In this document: positions 16,054 through 24,919 of the stretch, piece by piece
Position numbering within the stretch: position 1 is the stretch's first letter
Layout: the number at the start of each line of letters is the position of its first letter
Assembly (NCBI GenBank): GCA_030826765.1
Contig: JAUUDM010000016.1
Coordinates: forward strand, 4,070 to 68,069
Source: Nautiliales bacterium
GTDB lineage: Bacteria > Campylobacterota > Campylobacteria > Campylobacterales > JAADDX01
Length of the DNA: 64,000 nt
Direction: 5' to 3'
The notes under the pieces: generated by a model
Databases searched by the model: none
Seen by the model: the letters and a program-made list of their open reading frames with translations, nothing else
Told to the model about the DNA's origin: nothing
Translations under genes and position numbers: made by a program

Positions 16054-16911
16054 TTGGAAGTAAAAGAAAAAAAATTCAATGATAATGAAATGATAGTATC
16101 TATGACTGATGCGAAAGGAATCATTACTTATGCTAATGATATATTTTGTAAAATGGCAGAATATGATTTAGAAGAGGTAATAGGAAAGCCACATAATATG
16201 TTAAGACATCCTGATATGCCAAAAGTTGTTTTTAAATTAGTATGGAAAAATCTTTTAGCTGGTAGAAATTTTTATGGTTTTGTAAAAAATAAGACAAAAA
16301 ATGGAAATTATTATTGGGTAAAAGCATTTTTTCAACCTATCATAAAAAATGGAAGAGTTGATAAGTTAATATCATATAGACAATCAGTAAACGATTATAC
16401 AAAAGAGATTATTTCACCTGTTTACAAACAACTTTTAGATATAGAATCAAAAGAAGGTATAGTAGGAAGTGAGAAATTTTTAAATGATTTTTTAAATAAA
16501 AGAAATTTAAGTTATATGGAGTTTATAGATAGGTTAAGTGTTGGAAAATCTATAACAAATCCAGCTGTTTTTGATATTAATTATGAAAGTTTTTATAACG
16601 ACCATATAATTTTTAAAGAGCATATAAAGCATCAATGTGAATTAAAAAACTTCGATGTAAAAGTAACTGATAGTTGTTGTTGTAGATTTGGAAAATGGTT
16701 AGATAGTGTAAAAAATGAAGATTATACTAATCATCCAAGTTGGAAAAATATTCATTATGCTCATGATGATTTTCATAATAAATTAAAAGAGTATGTATCA
16801 AGTATGAAAAACTCAAATTCTACTTTATCTAATAAGTTATTAGAAGATATAGAACAAGATACAGAAAAAATTTTTGATAATCTTCAAAAAGTAATTGATG
16901 AGAGCCGTTAA
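16054..16911 (+). CDS. Stand-alone sensor: Aer/CetB-type PAS domain plus a C-terminal CZB (chemoreceptor zinc-binding) domain
   Basis: The PAS domain is very close to the Aer pattern (TDAKGIITYANDIFCKMAEYDLEEVIGKPHNMLRHPDMPKVVF...NGNYYWVKAFFQPI). The CZB motif H-xx-F-x22-C-x-F-G-x-W-x21-H-xxx-H reads DHIIF...CRFGKWL...HDDFH. TTG start with AAAGGAG 6 nt upstream. Confidence 0.75.
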   Translation: MEVKEKKFNDNEMIVSMTDAKGIITYANDIFCKMAEYDLEEVIGKPHNMLRHPDMPKVVFKLVWKNLLAGRNFYGFVKNKTKNGNYYWVKAFFQPIIKNGRVDKLISYRQSVNDYTKEIISPVYKQLLDIESKEGIVGSEKFLNDFLNKRNLSYMEFIDRLSVGKSITNPAVFDINYESFYNDHIIFKEHIKHQCELKNFDVKVTDSCCCRFGKWLDSVKNEDYTNHPSWKNIHYAHDDFHNKLKEYVSSMKNSNSTLSNKLLEDIEQDTEKIFDNLQKVIDESR

Positions 16912-16955
16912 ATAATATAAAAATAGAAGAATTAGAAAAAAAAGGAGAATAAAAA

Positions 16956-18740
16956 ATGAAATCTAAAGAACAATTAGAAGAAATAAAAAAAGTTTTAAAA
17001 GAAATATCAAAAGGAAATTTTGATGTTTTTTTAAGTAGTGAGAATAAATGTTTTGATGAATTTAAAGATTTAAAAGAAAATTTATCAAATTTAGAAAGTG
17101 ATATTAAAGATGTAAATGAGGCTGCATTAAAAGGTGAAATTGATGTAAGAATTGATGCTAGGAAATATGAAAATGGATTTAGAAAAATAGCTGAAGCTTT
17201 AAATTATACTATAGATTCAAATACTGGCGCTGTTAGAGAAATGGGGCAAGTAATTAGAAAATTGGCAAGTGGTGATTTATCTGCAAAAGTTACAAATAAT
17301 TATTCAGCAGATTTAAATGAAGTAAAAGAAGCTATTAATTATTTAGCAGATACTTTAAATAATCTAAGAAAAGATGCTGTACTTATTAGTGACGCAGTAT
17401 CAAAAGGTGAACTTAGTGTTAGAATAGATACATCTAAATATAAAGGAGATTTCACTTTAATACATAAAACTACTAATTTTACAATAGAAAGTGTTAATAA
17501 ATCATTTAAAGAAATTGCAGATGCATTAGTTAAGTTTGGAGAGGGGCAGTTTAAATATAGAATTACAAATGATTATAATGGAGATTTTAATACAATAAAA
17601 GAGTCTTTTAATCAAGCTTTTATTATTACGAATACTATTTTTGAAGAAGTTATTATGATGAAAGAAGCTGTTGAAAATGGAAATTTAGATGTTAGAGCTG
17701 ATATAAGTAAATATAAAGGCGATTTTATAGAATTAGTAGGTACTCTGAACTTAATGGTAAATATTACAAAAGATGCTTTAAATGATATTAATGAGAATTT
17801 AGAAAAACTAAAAATGGGAGATTTAACTACACAAATTACAAAAGATTATAAAGGAGCATTTGGTATTACAAAAGATGCTTTTAATAATTTTGTAGAAAAT
17901 TTAACTTCTATTACTACACAAATTAAAACAGGTGCTAATGAAATTACAACAGCAGCAAATACAGTAAGTAGTGCTTCTCAATCACTTTCAACAGGAGCAA
18001 CTGAGCAAGCAAGTAGTTTAGAAGAAACGAGTGCAGCTATTGAAGAAATGAGTGGCTCTATCAATGAAACAGCCAAAAATGCTATTAAAACAAATGAACT
18101 TGCAGAAGAGAGTGCAAAAATGTCTCTTGAAGGTGGAGAAGCTGTTGATAAAACAGTTGATGCTATGAAAACTATTAGTGAAAGAATTAAAATAATTGAA
18201 GATATTGTATATCAAACAAATTTACTTGCACTTAATGCAGCAATTGAAGCAGCTAGAGCAGGAGAGCATGGAAAAGGATTTGCAGTTGTGGCAGCTGAGG
18301 TTAGAAAATTAGCAAAAAGAAGTCAAATTGCAGCAGGTGAGATTAGTGAAATAACAAGAGATAGTCTAGATATTTCTCAAAAAGCTGGAACTTTAATCTC
18401 TACAGTAGTTCCAAAAATTCAAGAAACAGCAAATTTAATTAAAGATATTGCAAATGCAGCAAAAGAACAAGATATTGCAATTTCTCAAATCACATCAGCT
18501 ATGAGTCAGTTAGACCAAGTAACACAAGCAAATGCTTCATCTTCTCAAGCTTTAGCTGCGTCAGCTAAACAATTAAATGGACAAGCAAACTCTTTAACAG
18601 AAATGATTTCATTCTTTAAATTAGCAGATAGTCATGTAGGTGGTGGTTTTAATGCAGGTAAAGTTTCTCCACAAACAGTATCAAAACCAGCTAAAAACCT
18701 AAATAGTGAATTTGATTTAAGAGATTTTGATAGATATTAA
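16956..18740 (+). CDS. Soluble methyl-accepting chemotaxis protein with an N-terminal tandem HAMP-like array (no TM segment)
   Basis: 594 aa with no hydrophobic stretch. Three tandem ~88-aa repeat pairs are followed by the MCP signalling domain ([22 protein letters not shown]...[34 protein letters not shown]). Confidence 0.9.
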   Translation: MKSKEQLEEIKKVLKEISKGNFDVFLSSENKCFDEFKDLKENLSNLESDIKDVNEAALKGEIDVRIDARKYENGFRKIAEALNYTIDSNTGAVREMGQVIRKLASGDLSAKVTNNYSADLNEVKEAINYLADTLNNLRKDAVLISDAVSKGELSVRIDTSKYKGDFTLIHKTTNFTIESVNKSFKEIADALVKFGEGQFKYRITNDYNGDFNTIKESFNQAFIITNTIFEEVIMMKEAVENGNLDVRADISKYKGDFIELVGTLNLMVNITKDALNDINENLEKLKMGDLTTQITKDYKGAFGITKDAFNNFVENLTSITTQIKTGANEITTAANTVSSASQSLSTGATEQASSLEETSAAIEEMSGSINETAKNAIKTNELAEESAKMSLEGGEAVDKTVDAMKTISERIKIIEDIVYQTNLLALNAAIEAARAGEHGKGFAVVAAEVRKLAKRSQIAAGEISEITRDSLDISQKAGTLISTVVPKIQETANLIKDIANAAKEQDIAISQITSAMSQLDQVTQANASSSQALAASAKQLNGQANSLTEMISFFKLADSHVGGGFNAGKVSPQTVSKPAKNLNSEFDLRDFDRY

Positions 18741-18741
18741 T

Positions 18742-19251
18742 ATGAAAAATAGAGATTACGAAGATGATTTAGACCTTAGTCTAAATCAAGATGGAGAACA
18801 ATATCTATTTTTCTCTTGTAACAATGATTTTTATGCAATTGATGCTTTAAGAGTGGTGGAGATTATAGAGTATCAACTGTATACTAAAGTTCCTATGATG
18901 AAAAGATTTGTCAAAGGAATTACAAATGTAAGAGGTGATTTGATAGCTGTAGTTGATTTAAAAGATTTTTTTGGATTTGGTGAAACTATCAAAGATAAAA
19001 AAACATCTATGATTATACTAAATGTAAAAAATAGTGATAATGAACTTAAAATTGCTATTATTATCGATGAGGTGTTTGAAGCTAAATATTTAGGCGAAGA
19101 AGATATAAAAAGTGCACCAGAATTTGGTGTTAAAATAGATTCAAAGTTTATAAAAAATATGTGTCAATATAATGGAAATTATATACCTATTTTAGATATT
19201 GATAAATTATTAAATGTAAAACAATTATCTAAAATTGAATTACATCAATAA
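18742..19251 (+). CDS. cheW: Chemotaxis coupling protein CheW
   Basis: CheW-like domain (YLFFSCNNDFYAIDALRVVEI...ITNVRGDLIAVVDLKDFFG). The ATG lies 1 nt after the MCP stop. The TTG start in the ORF track (18727) would overlap the MCP. Confidence 0.9.
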   Translation: MKNRDYEDDLDLSLNQDGEQYLFFSCNNDFYAIDALRVVEIIEYQLYTKVPMMKRFVKGITNVRGDLIAVVDLKDFFGFGETIKDKKTSMIILNVKNSDNELKIAIIIDEVFEAKYLGEEDIKSAPEFGVKIDSKFIKNMCQYNGNYIPILDIDKLLNVKQLSKIELHQ

Positions 19252-19260
19252 AGGTTTTGT

Positions 19261-20202
19261 ATGATAGAAGATATTAAAACAAATGATGATTTTAATGAAG
19301 AAGATGATGAATTAGATATTATAAAGTTAGTTTCTACTAATGCAAATAATTCTAATCAATATCTGATTTTTAATGGTTCAAATGGTGAACTTTATGCCAA
19401 AAATGTTTCTAAAATCGAGGAGTTAATTGTATATAAAGATTTAGAAATTGCTCATAACTCAACGGGTTCGCTTATTATAGGAACAGCTGATGTAAGAGGT
19501 CAGATGACACCTATTGTGAATTTCGATGAGTGGTTTGGAAATAAAGTTTTAGATGATAGTGAATATGAACTTGTAGTATTAGCTAGTTATGGTGGATATA
19601 GATTTGGGATTGTTGTAAAAAGTGTTGAGTATATTGTGGCTATTGAGCCAGAAGATATGGTTGATAATTCTATATCAAATCCAAAAACTACATTTATAAC
19701 AAAAGTAAAAGTTGGAAGTGAAAATAGACTTTGTACTATTTTTGATAGTGATAAAATGCTTTTAGATATTTTTGAAAATAGTGAAAAAAGTAATTTAGAA
19801 AAAATTTCAAATGTTACATCTAAGAGAGTTAGTGAAAAATTAGTTCTATTTGCTGATGATTCTAAATTTATTAGAGAAATGGTGAGAAAATTTTTTGTAG
19901 CTATGGATCTTAATTATAAAATTTTTGAAGATGGAAAATATTTGATTGAAGAACTTAAAAAATTAAATCCTAATGATATAGGACTTATTATTACTGATTT
20001 AGAGATGCCAAATCTTGGAGGTAAGGAAGTAATTAAATTTATTAGAGAAAATTTAAAATTTAATGATATAAATATAATAGTTCATACAAATATGTCAAAT
20101 AATATTATGGAAGAAGATTTATTAAAAGCAGGTGCAAATCAAATTATAAACAAAATTGATATGAAAGAATTATCGCAGAGTATTAAAAAGAATATAAGAT
20201 AA
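19261..20202 (+). CDS. cheV: CheV (CheW-like domain fused to a C-terminal REC domain)
   Basis: CheW-like N-terminal half (YLIFNGSNGELYAKNVSKIEE...). REC half with LFADDS, ITDLEMPNLGG and VHTNMS. Confidence 0.9.
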   Translation: MIEDIKTNDDFNEEDDELDIIKLVSTNANNSNQYLIFNGSNGELYAKNVSKIEELIVYKDLEIAHNSTGSLIIGTADVRGQMTPIVNFDEWFGNKVLDDSEYELVVLASYGGYRFGIVVKSVEYIVAIEPEDMVDNSISNPKTTFITKVKVGSENRLCTIFDSDKMLLDIFENSEKSNLEKISNVTSKRVSEKLVLFADDSKFIREMVRKFFVAMDLNYKIFEDGKYLIEELKKLNPNDIGLIITDLEMPNLGGKEVIKFIRENLKFNDINIIVHTNMSNNIMEEDLLKAGANQIINKIDMKELSQSIKKNIR

Positions 20203-21008
20203 TGAACAATTTAATCTTAAATGATAAAGAATTCAAAGTTTTTCAAAAAATTATTTTTGATGAGACTGGAATTAGTTTGAGTGATTCTAAAAAGATGTTA
20301 GTTCAAAGCAGATTATTAAAAAGAATTGCTTTTTATAAGATGAATAGTTTTTTAGATTATTTGAGATATATTCAAATAAATAAAAAAGAAAAAATAGAAA
20401 TGATAAATCAAATAACTACTAATGAAACTTATTTTTTTAGAGAAATGAAACATTTTGAATTTATTGAAAAGTTAGCTAAAAATATGGATATTAAAAGTAG
20501 GTTAAGAATATGGAGTGCAGCGTCTTCGGTAGGTGCTGAAGCTTATAGCCTTGCTATGGTAGTTGATGAATATTTAAGAAAAGATCAATGGGAAATAGTT
20601 GGTACAGATATAAATACAGAAGTTATTAAAAAAGCTAGAATTGGTCTTTATCCTGAAAGTTGGGTGAAAAAAATACCATTAAAATATAGACAAAAATATT
20701 GTTTAAAAGGAAAAGGGAATTATGAAGGACAATTTCTAGTAGATAGAAAACTAATCACTAATATAAAATTTGAAAAAGGTAATTTATTGGTAAAACAAGA
20801 AGGAATAGGAAAGTTTGATGTTGTTTTTTTAAGAAATGTTTTGATATACTTCAATGATGAAATAAAAAAACGCGTTATTCATAATGTGATTTCAAATTTA
20901 AAAATCGGTGGTTATTTTATTATTAGTTTGACAGAGAATTTAAAAAACTTAGATATAAAAGAGTTAGTTCAATTAGATACTTCTATATATCAAAAGGTAA
21001 GTAAATGA
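20202..21008 (+). CDS. cheR: Chemotaxis protein methyltransferase CheR
   Basis: ETYFFRE motif, SAM-binding segment RIWSAASSVGAEAYSLAM, and VFLRNVLIYF. Confidence 0.9.
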   Translation: MNNLILNDKEFKVFQKIIFDETGISLSDSKKMLVQSRLLKRIAFYKMNSFLDYLRYIQINKKEKIEMINQITTNETYFFREMKHFEFIEKLAKNMDIKSRLRIWSAASSVGAEAYSLAMVVDEYLRKDQWEIVGTDINTEVIKKARIGLYPESWVKKIPLKYRQKYCLKGKGNYEGQFLVDRKLITNIKFEKGNLLVKQEGIGKFDVVFLRNVLIYFNDEIKKRVIHNVISNLKIGGYFIISLTENLKNLDIKELVQLDTSIYQKVSK

Positions 21009-21817
21009 AAATAATGGTTGTTTCGAGCAAAGGTGGAGTTGGTAAAAGTACAATCTCTATGCAATTAATTGCTCCTTATCTTTATATACGTAATGATAAA
21101 AAACCTATTAAATTTTATGAATGTGATGATGAAAATAGTGATAGTTTGAGTTTTGGTGCATCTAATTTAATAGATAGAAAGTTAATAAAAGTGGATGTTC
21201 CTATCTTAAGAGAAGAACTTCTTGAAATTTTTTCTAAACCTGAGTTTACTTGTATGGATATTGGGGGAAATAAATCTACTACTATGGTTTTAGATGCCTT
21301 AGATTTAAGTGGGGCTATTCATTTTGTAGATTTAGCAGTTATTCCTATTTTAGATGGGGAACAAGATGCTATTAATGCAAGTGTTGTTTATACTCAAATA
21401 AAAAGTATGAATCCTAATATTAAATTTTTGTTTGTTTTAAATAGATGTAAAAATGAGAGATTTTTAGAGTATCAGTTTGAAAATTATTTTGGAGATGTGA
21501 GAGGAATTTTCAGTGAAAAATATGCTGTAAAAAACTATCTTTTTGATAATGATAAAGATAATTATATAGCTTTATTAGATGATGATGTTATAAAATATAG
21601 TAGAAAGTTTGGTCTTACTATTTATGAAATTGCAAAACAACAAAGAGATTTTATTCCTGAACTTAAAGTAAAAGTAGAAAAAATGACAAATGAACAAGAA
21701 GCAAAACTATTAAGTTTTAAGAATTATGTAAATAAAAGTGCAATAAAATATTATGAAAATGTCTTAATAAAAGGATTTAAAAAAATTGATAAAATATCAC
21801 AAAAGGGTAAATTATGA
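21005..21817 (+). CDS. ParA/MinD-family P-loop ATPase embedded in the che operon
   Basis: Deviant Walker A in MKIMVVSSKGGVGKSTIS, with candidate A'/B motifs ECDDEN and FTCMDIGG. Overlaps cheR and the next ORF by 4 nt on each side. Confidence 0.75.
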   Translation: MKIMVVSSKGGVGKSTISMQLIAPYLYIRNDKKPIKFYECDDENSDSLSFGASNLIDRKLIKVDVPILREELLEIFSKPEFTCMDIGGNKSTTMVLDALDLSGAIHFVDLAVIPILDGEQDAINASVVYTQIKSMNPNIKFLFVLNRCKNERFLEYQFENYFGDVRGIFSEKYAVKNYLFDNDKDNYIALLDDDVIKYSRKFGLTIYEIAKQQRDFIPELKVKVEKMTNEQEAKLLSFKNYVNKSAIKYYENVLIKGFKKIDKISQKGKL

Positions 21818-22731
21818 TAACAAGTAAGATTCAAGAATTTGTAGCATTTCTAGCTTCATCTAAAAGAGTGTTAATATTAAGTAATAGAGATATGTCACAA
21901 TTTATGGATATATTTGATAATTTTGAAATGGCTATTTTTGAAGGTATTAATGAAAATAGTATAAAAAATTTAAGTTTTAATTTTACAAAAAATCATATAG
22001 ATATTGTAATTTTTGCACCAGATGAAGATTTTGAAGATATTCTTTCTATGTATGGAAAAATTAAAGGAATATCTAATGAGACAGAAATACTTTTAATATT
22101 ACCTGAATATTGTAAAACAGATGAAATAGTTGAGATAGTTGATACTTATGATGTTGTAATGGGAGGAAATTTTTCAAGAGAAGTTTTATTAAATAGATTA
22201 TTTAGAGTCCTTAGTGCTCAATATGCAGTGAATAATGTTAATTTTGTATCAGAAGCTCTTTTTAAAGATGTTGAAAATAATAATAAAAAAGAACTTGAAG
22301 AGTTCTTGGATGTTTATGAAGGTGCTGTAATATTTTTGATAGATAATTTAGCTGAATTAATTGATCAATTAAAAAATGGAAATTTATCACAAGAATTACT
22401 TCAAAGGATTGGTGAAGAACTTATGGAAGTTCATGAAATATTTTCTATTCATAACTATACAAGAAAAGTAGCTCCAATATTTCAAAAATTTTCAGAATAT
22501 TTAAAAAATTTAAAATTAGAGGATATAGATGTTGAAAATTTAGAAGCTTTTAATTATTTAACAGATATTTTAGAAGATATAAATATTTATTTAAAAGATT
22601 ATTTTATTGATAGAATTTTTCAGGATGTTTATATGTTTCAGCATTCTCTTGAAAGTAATATAGAGTTTTTAGAAGCTAAATTAGCCGGAAAAGAAGATAG
22701 TGATGATGAAGATAGTTTAGAGTTTTTTTAA
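21814..22731 (+). CDS. Unknown che-operon protein X1: degenerate receiver-like N-domain, helical (Hpt-like?) C-domain and an acidic tail ending LEFF
   Basis: 305 aa. Shares 4-nt and 1-nt overlaps with the parA-like gene and cheB. C-terminus reads ...GKEDSDDEDSLEFF. Paralogous to the ORF at 23772-24902 over the C-terminal ~130 aa. Confidence 0.65.
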   Translation: MITSKIQEFVAFLASSKRVLILSNRDMSQFMDIFDNFEMAIFEGINENSIKNLSFNFTKNHIDIVIFAPDEDFEDILSMYGKIKGISNETEILLILPEYCKTDEIVEIVDTYDVVMGGNFSREVLLNRLFRVLSAQYAVNNVNFVSEALFKDVENNNKKELEEFLDVYEGAVIFLIDNLAELIDQLKNGNLSQELLQRIGEELMEVHEIFSIHNYTRKVAPIFQKFSEYLKNLKLEDIDVENLEAFNYLTDILEDINIYLKDYFIDRIFQDVYMFQHSLESNIEFLEAKLAGKEDSDDEDSLEFF

Positions 22732-23702
22732 TGATTAAAGTATTTATTATTGATGATTCTATATTAGTCAGAACAAAAATTATTAATATTTTACAAGATA
22801 AAGAAATTAATGTAATTGGAGATGCAGGAAATCCTATTGATGCTTTAAATATTTTTAAAAAAGTTGGCCTTCCTGATTTATTTATATTAGATATAGAAAT
22901 GCCAAAAATGAATGGTGTAGAATTTTTAGAAAAAATAAACACTCAAAGACCAACACCAGTGGTTATTATTTCTTCTTTTGTAGATGAAATTGTAAAAAAT
23001 AAATTATGTAATATAAATTCTACAATAGAAATGTTGCCTAAAACAAAAATGCAAAATATGAATAATTTTTCTAAAGATTTAATTAATAAAATTCATTTTC
23101 TAACAAATTCTAATATAAAAAAGCCTTCAAATTTACCATCATCAAAAATTATTTCTATTGGTTCTTCCACAGGAGGTGTTCAGATATTAGAAGAGATTGT
23201 TAGTAAAATAAATTATGGGCATAAAGGTATAGTGATTGTTCAGCATATGCCCGAAAGTTTTACTGCTTCTTTTGCTTCAAGACTTAATTCTCTGACAAGG
23301 AGTGAAGTAGTAGAAGCAAGAGAGGGAGATATTATTAAAGATTCTAAAATCATAATAGCAAAAGGCGGTATCCATTTAGAAGTGTATCATGCAAAAGATG
23401 GTTTTAGAGTTAGATTTAAAGATTATAAAAAAGTAAATTTTCATAAGCCAAGCGTAAATGTTTTATTTAAGAGTGTTGCAGAAAATGTTGGCAAAAGAGC
23501 TATGGGAATAGTTTTGACAGGTATGGGAGATGATGGAGCGATTGGTTTAAAAATGATGAGAGAAGCTGGAGCTCTTACTTATGCACAAGATGAAAAGTCA
23601 TCAATTGTTTATGGAATGCCAAAGGTAGCTTTAGAGATCGGTGGGGCTATGGAATCTTTGAATATTAATCAAATTGTAGAAAAAATAAATAATTTTAAAT
23701 AA
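22731..23702 (+). CDS. cheB: Chemotaxis methylesterase/deamidase CheB (REC + esterase domains)
   Basis: REC domain with VFIIDDS and ILDIEMPKMNG. Esterase domain with IGSSTGG, VQHMP and TGMGDDG. Confidence 0.9.
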   Translation: MIKVFIIDDSILVRTKIINILQDKEINVIGDAGNPIDALNIFKKVGLPDLFILDIEMPKMNGVEFLEKINTQRPTPVVIISSFVDEIVKNKLCNINSTIEMLPKTKMQNMNNFSKDLINKIHFLTNSNIKKPSNLPSSKIISIGSSTGGVQILEEIVSKINYGHKGIVIVQHMPESFTASFASRLNSLTRSEVVEAREGDIIKDSKIIIAKGGIHLEVYHAKDGFRVRFKDYKKVNFHKPSVNVLFKSVAENVGKRAMGIVLTGMGDDGAIGLKMMREAGALTYAQDEKSSIVYGMPKVALEIGGAMESLNINQIVEKINNFK

Positions 23703-23742
23703 TATTTACTAAAAGTAAATAAATTTTTATTTTTAGTAAATA
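23703..23742 (+). terminator. AT-rich hairpin after cheB (12-bp inverted repeat); weak terminator or processing site
   Basis: TATTTACTAAAA (23703-23714) pairs with TTTTAGTAAATA (23731-23742). A nested alternative is ATTTACT-AAA-AGTAAAT. Confidence 0.35.
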
Positions 23743-23771
23743 TTATAGTAATAAAATAATTGGAGGATACT

Positions 23772-24902
23772 ATGTTTATAGATGTAAAAGAGATAAAACC
23801 TTTAGTATTAGAAAATATTCAAAATCAAGGTGTGGTTCTTTTATCAAATAAAAAAAAATTTATTAAAGAATTTAAAAAAAATTTTTCTAAATTATCACAT
23901 AAAATAAAAATTTTGGATGATGAAACAAAAGGTTTACATGAGATATTAAAAAATGAAGATTTATATGATATTATAATTACAAATTTTAAAAATGGCTATA
24001 AAATAAAACGAATTATGCCCCATAAAAAGGTTTTAGTTGTTGATTATAAAGAAAATTTTGATTTTAAATATATAATTGTTGATGAATTTGTATCTAAACC
24101 AGTTGATAAAGTTATTTTTTATAATGCTATGTATTCTTTAACAAAAGTTATTGCAGATGAAAAAGAATTAAAATATTATCTAAACTCTTTAGAAACTGAA
24201 ATATCAGAATTGAATTGTAATATGTGTAGAACTTTAAATAAAAATATTGATGATATAAATTTATTAAGAAAAGAACTCTTTTCCCTTATGCATCATAATT
24301 GTGAATTTCAGTATAACTCTTCTCTATGTGGAATTGAGGAAAAAATTAAAGAAAAAGAAAAAATAGAAAATGATAAATATGAAAATCATAATATGAGATT
24401 TACCCTTGATGAAGATAAAAAAATAGATGCCCAAACTTTTGTATCAGAATTAAATGATATTGATTTTGAAAGAGTTGATATATTAAAAGAACATTTTGGA
24501 GAATTTACAATATTTCTAAATAATGCCTATACTATGGATTATTTAGAATTTTATGAAAATAAAGATTATATAGTATCTATGCTTAATGAATTATATCAAT
24601 CTATAAATAGATTTTATAGATTTGAGATTTTGGCTATTACATTTAAAGATTTTGCTGATTTTATAAATAATTTAACATTAGAAGATTTACAAAAAAGTGA
24701 TAATAAGGAAATGTTTCTAGATTCTTTAATTGCTATTATTGATGATGTAATTGATTGGATTGATATAATTTTCTTTTTGAAAACTACAGATAATATAAAT
24801 TATCTTGATGCTTCTTTTTCTAGTAATTGTGAACAAATTAAAGAAATATTTAAAAATGAAGAAGTATTAGAAGATGATATGGATGATTTAGAGTTTTTTT
24901 AA
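23772..24902 (+). CDS. Unknown che-operon protein X2: receiver-like N-domain, long linker, helical C-domain and an acidic tail ending LEFF (paralogue of X1)
   Basis: GGAGG lies 6 nt before the ATG at 23772 (the TTG start at 23760 in the ORF track is rejected). C-terminus reads ...EVLEDDMDDLEFF. The final 15 nt (tttagagtttttttaa) are identical to the X1 3' end. Confidence 0.65.
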   Translation: MFIDVKEIKPLVLENIQNQGVVLLSNKKKFIKEFKKNFSKLSHKIKILDDETKGLHEILKNEDLYDIIITNFKNGYKIKRIMPHKKVLVVDYKENFDFKYIIVDEFVSKPVDKVIFYNAMYSLTKVIADEKELKYYLNSLETEISELNCNMCRTLNKNIDDINLLRKELFSLMHHNCEFQYNSSLCGIEEKIKEKEKIENDKYENHNMRFTLDEDKKIDAQTFVSELNDIDFERVDILKEHFGEFTIFLNNAYTMDYLEFYENKDYIVSMLNELYQSINRFYRFEILAITFKDFADFINNLTLEDLQKSDNKEMFLDSLIAIIDDVIDWIDIIFFLKTTDNINYLDASFSSNCEQIKEIFKNEEVLEDDMDDLEFF

Positions 24903-24919
24903 TTTATAGAAAAGAAGAA

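Noticed and set aside
16956-18740. Regular ~260-bp periodicity in the MCP gene, considered as a CRISPR-like or mobile tandem repeat.
   Set aside because: The repeats are in frame, diverged at the DNA level and encode HAMP-like units. This is protein-domain duplication, not a CRISPR array or satellite.
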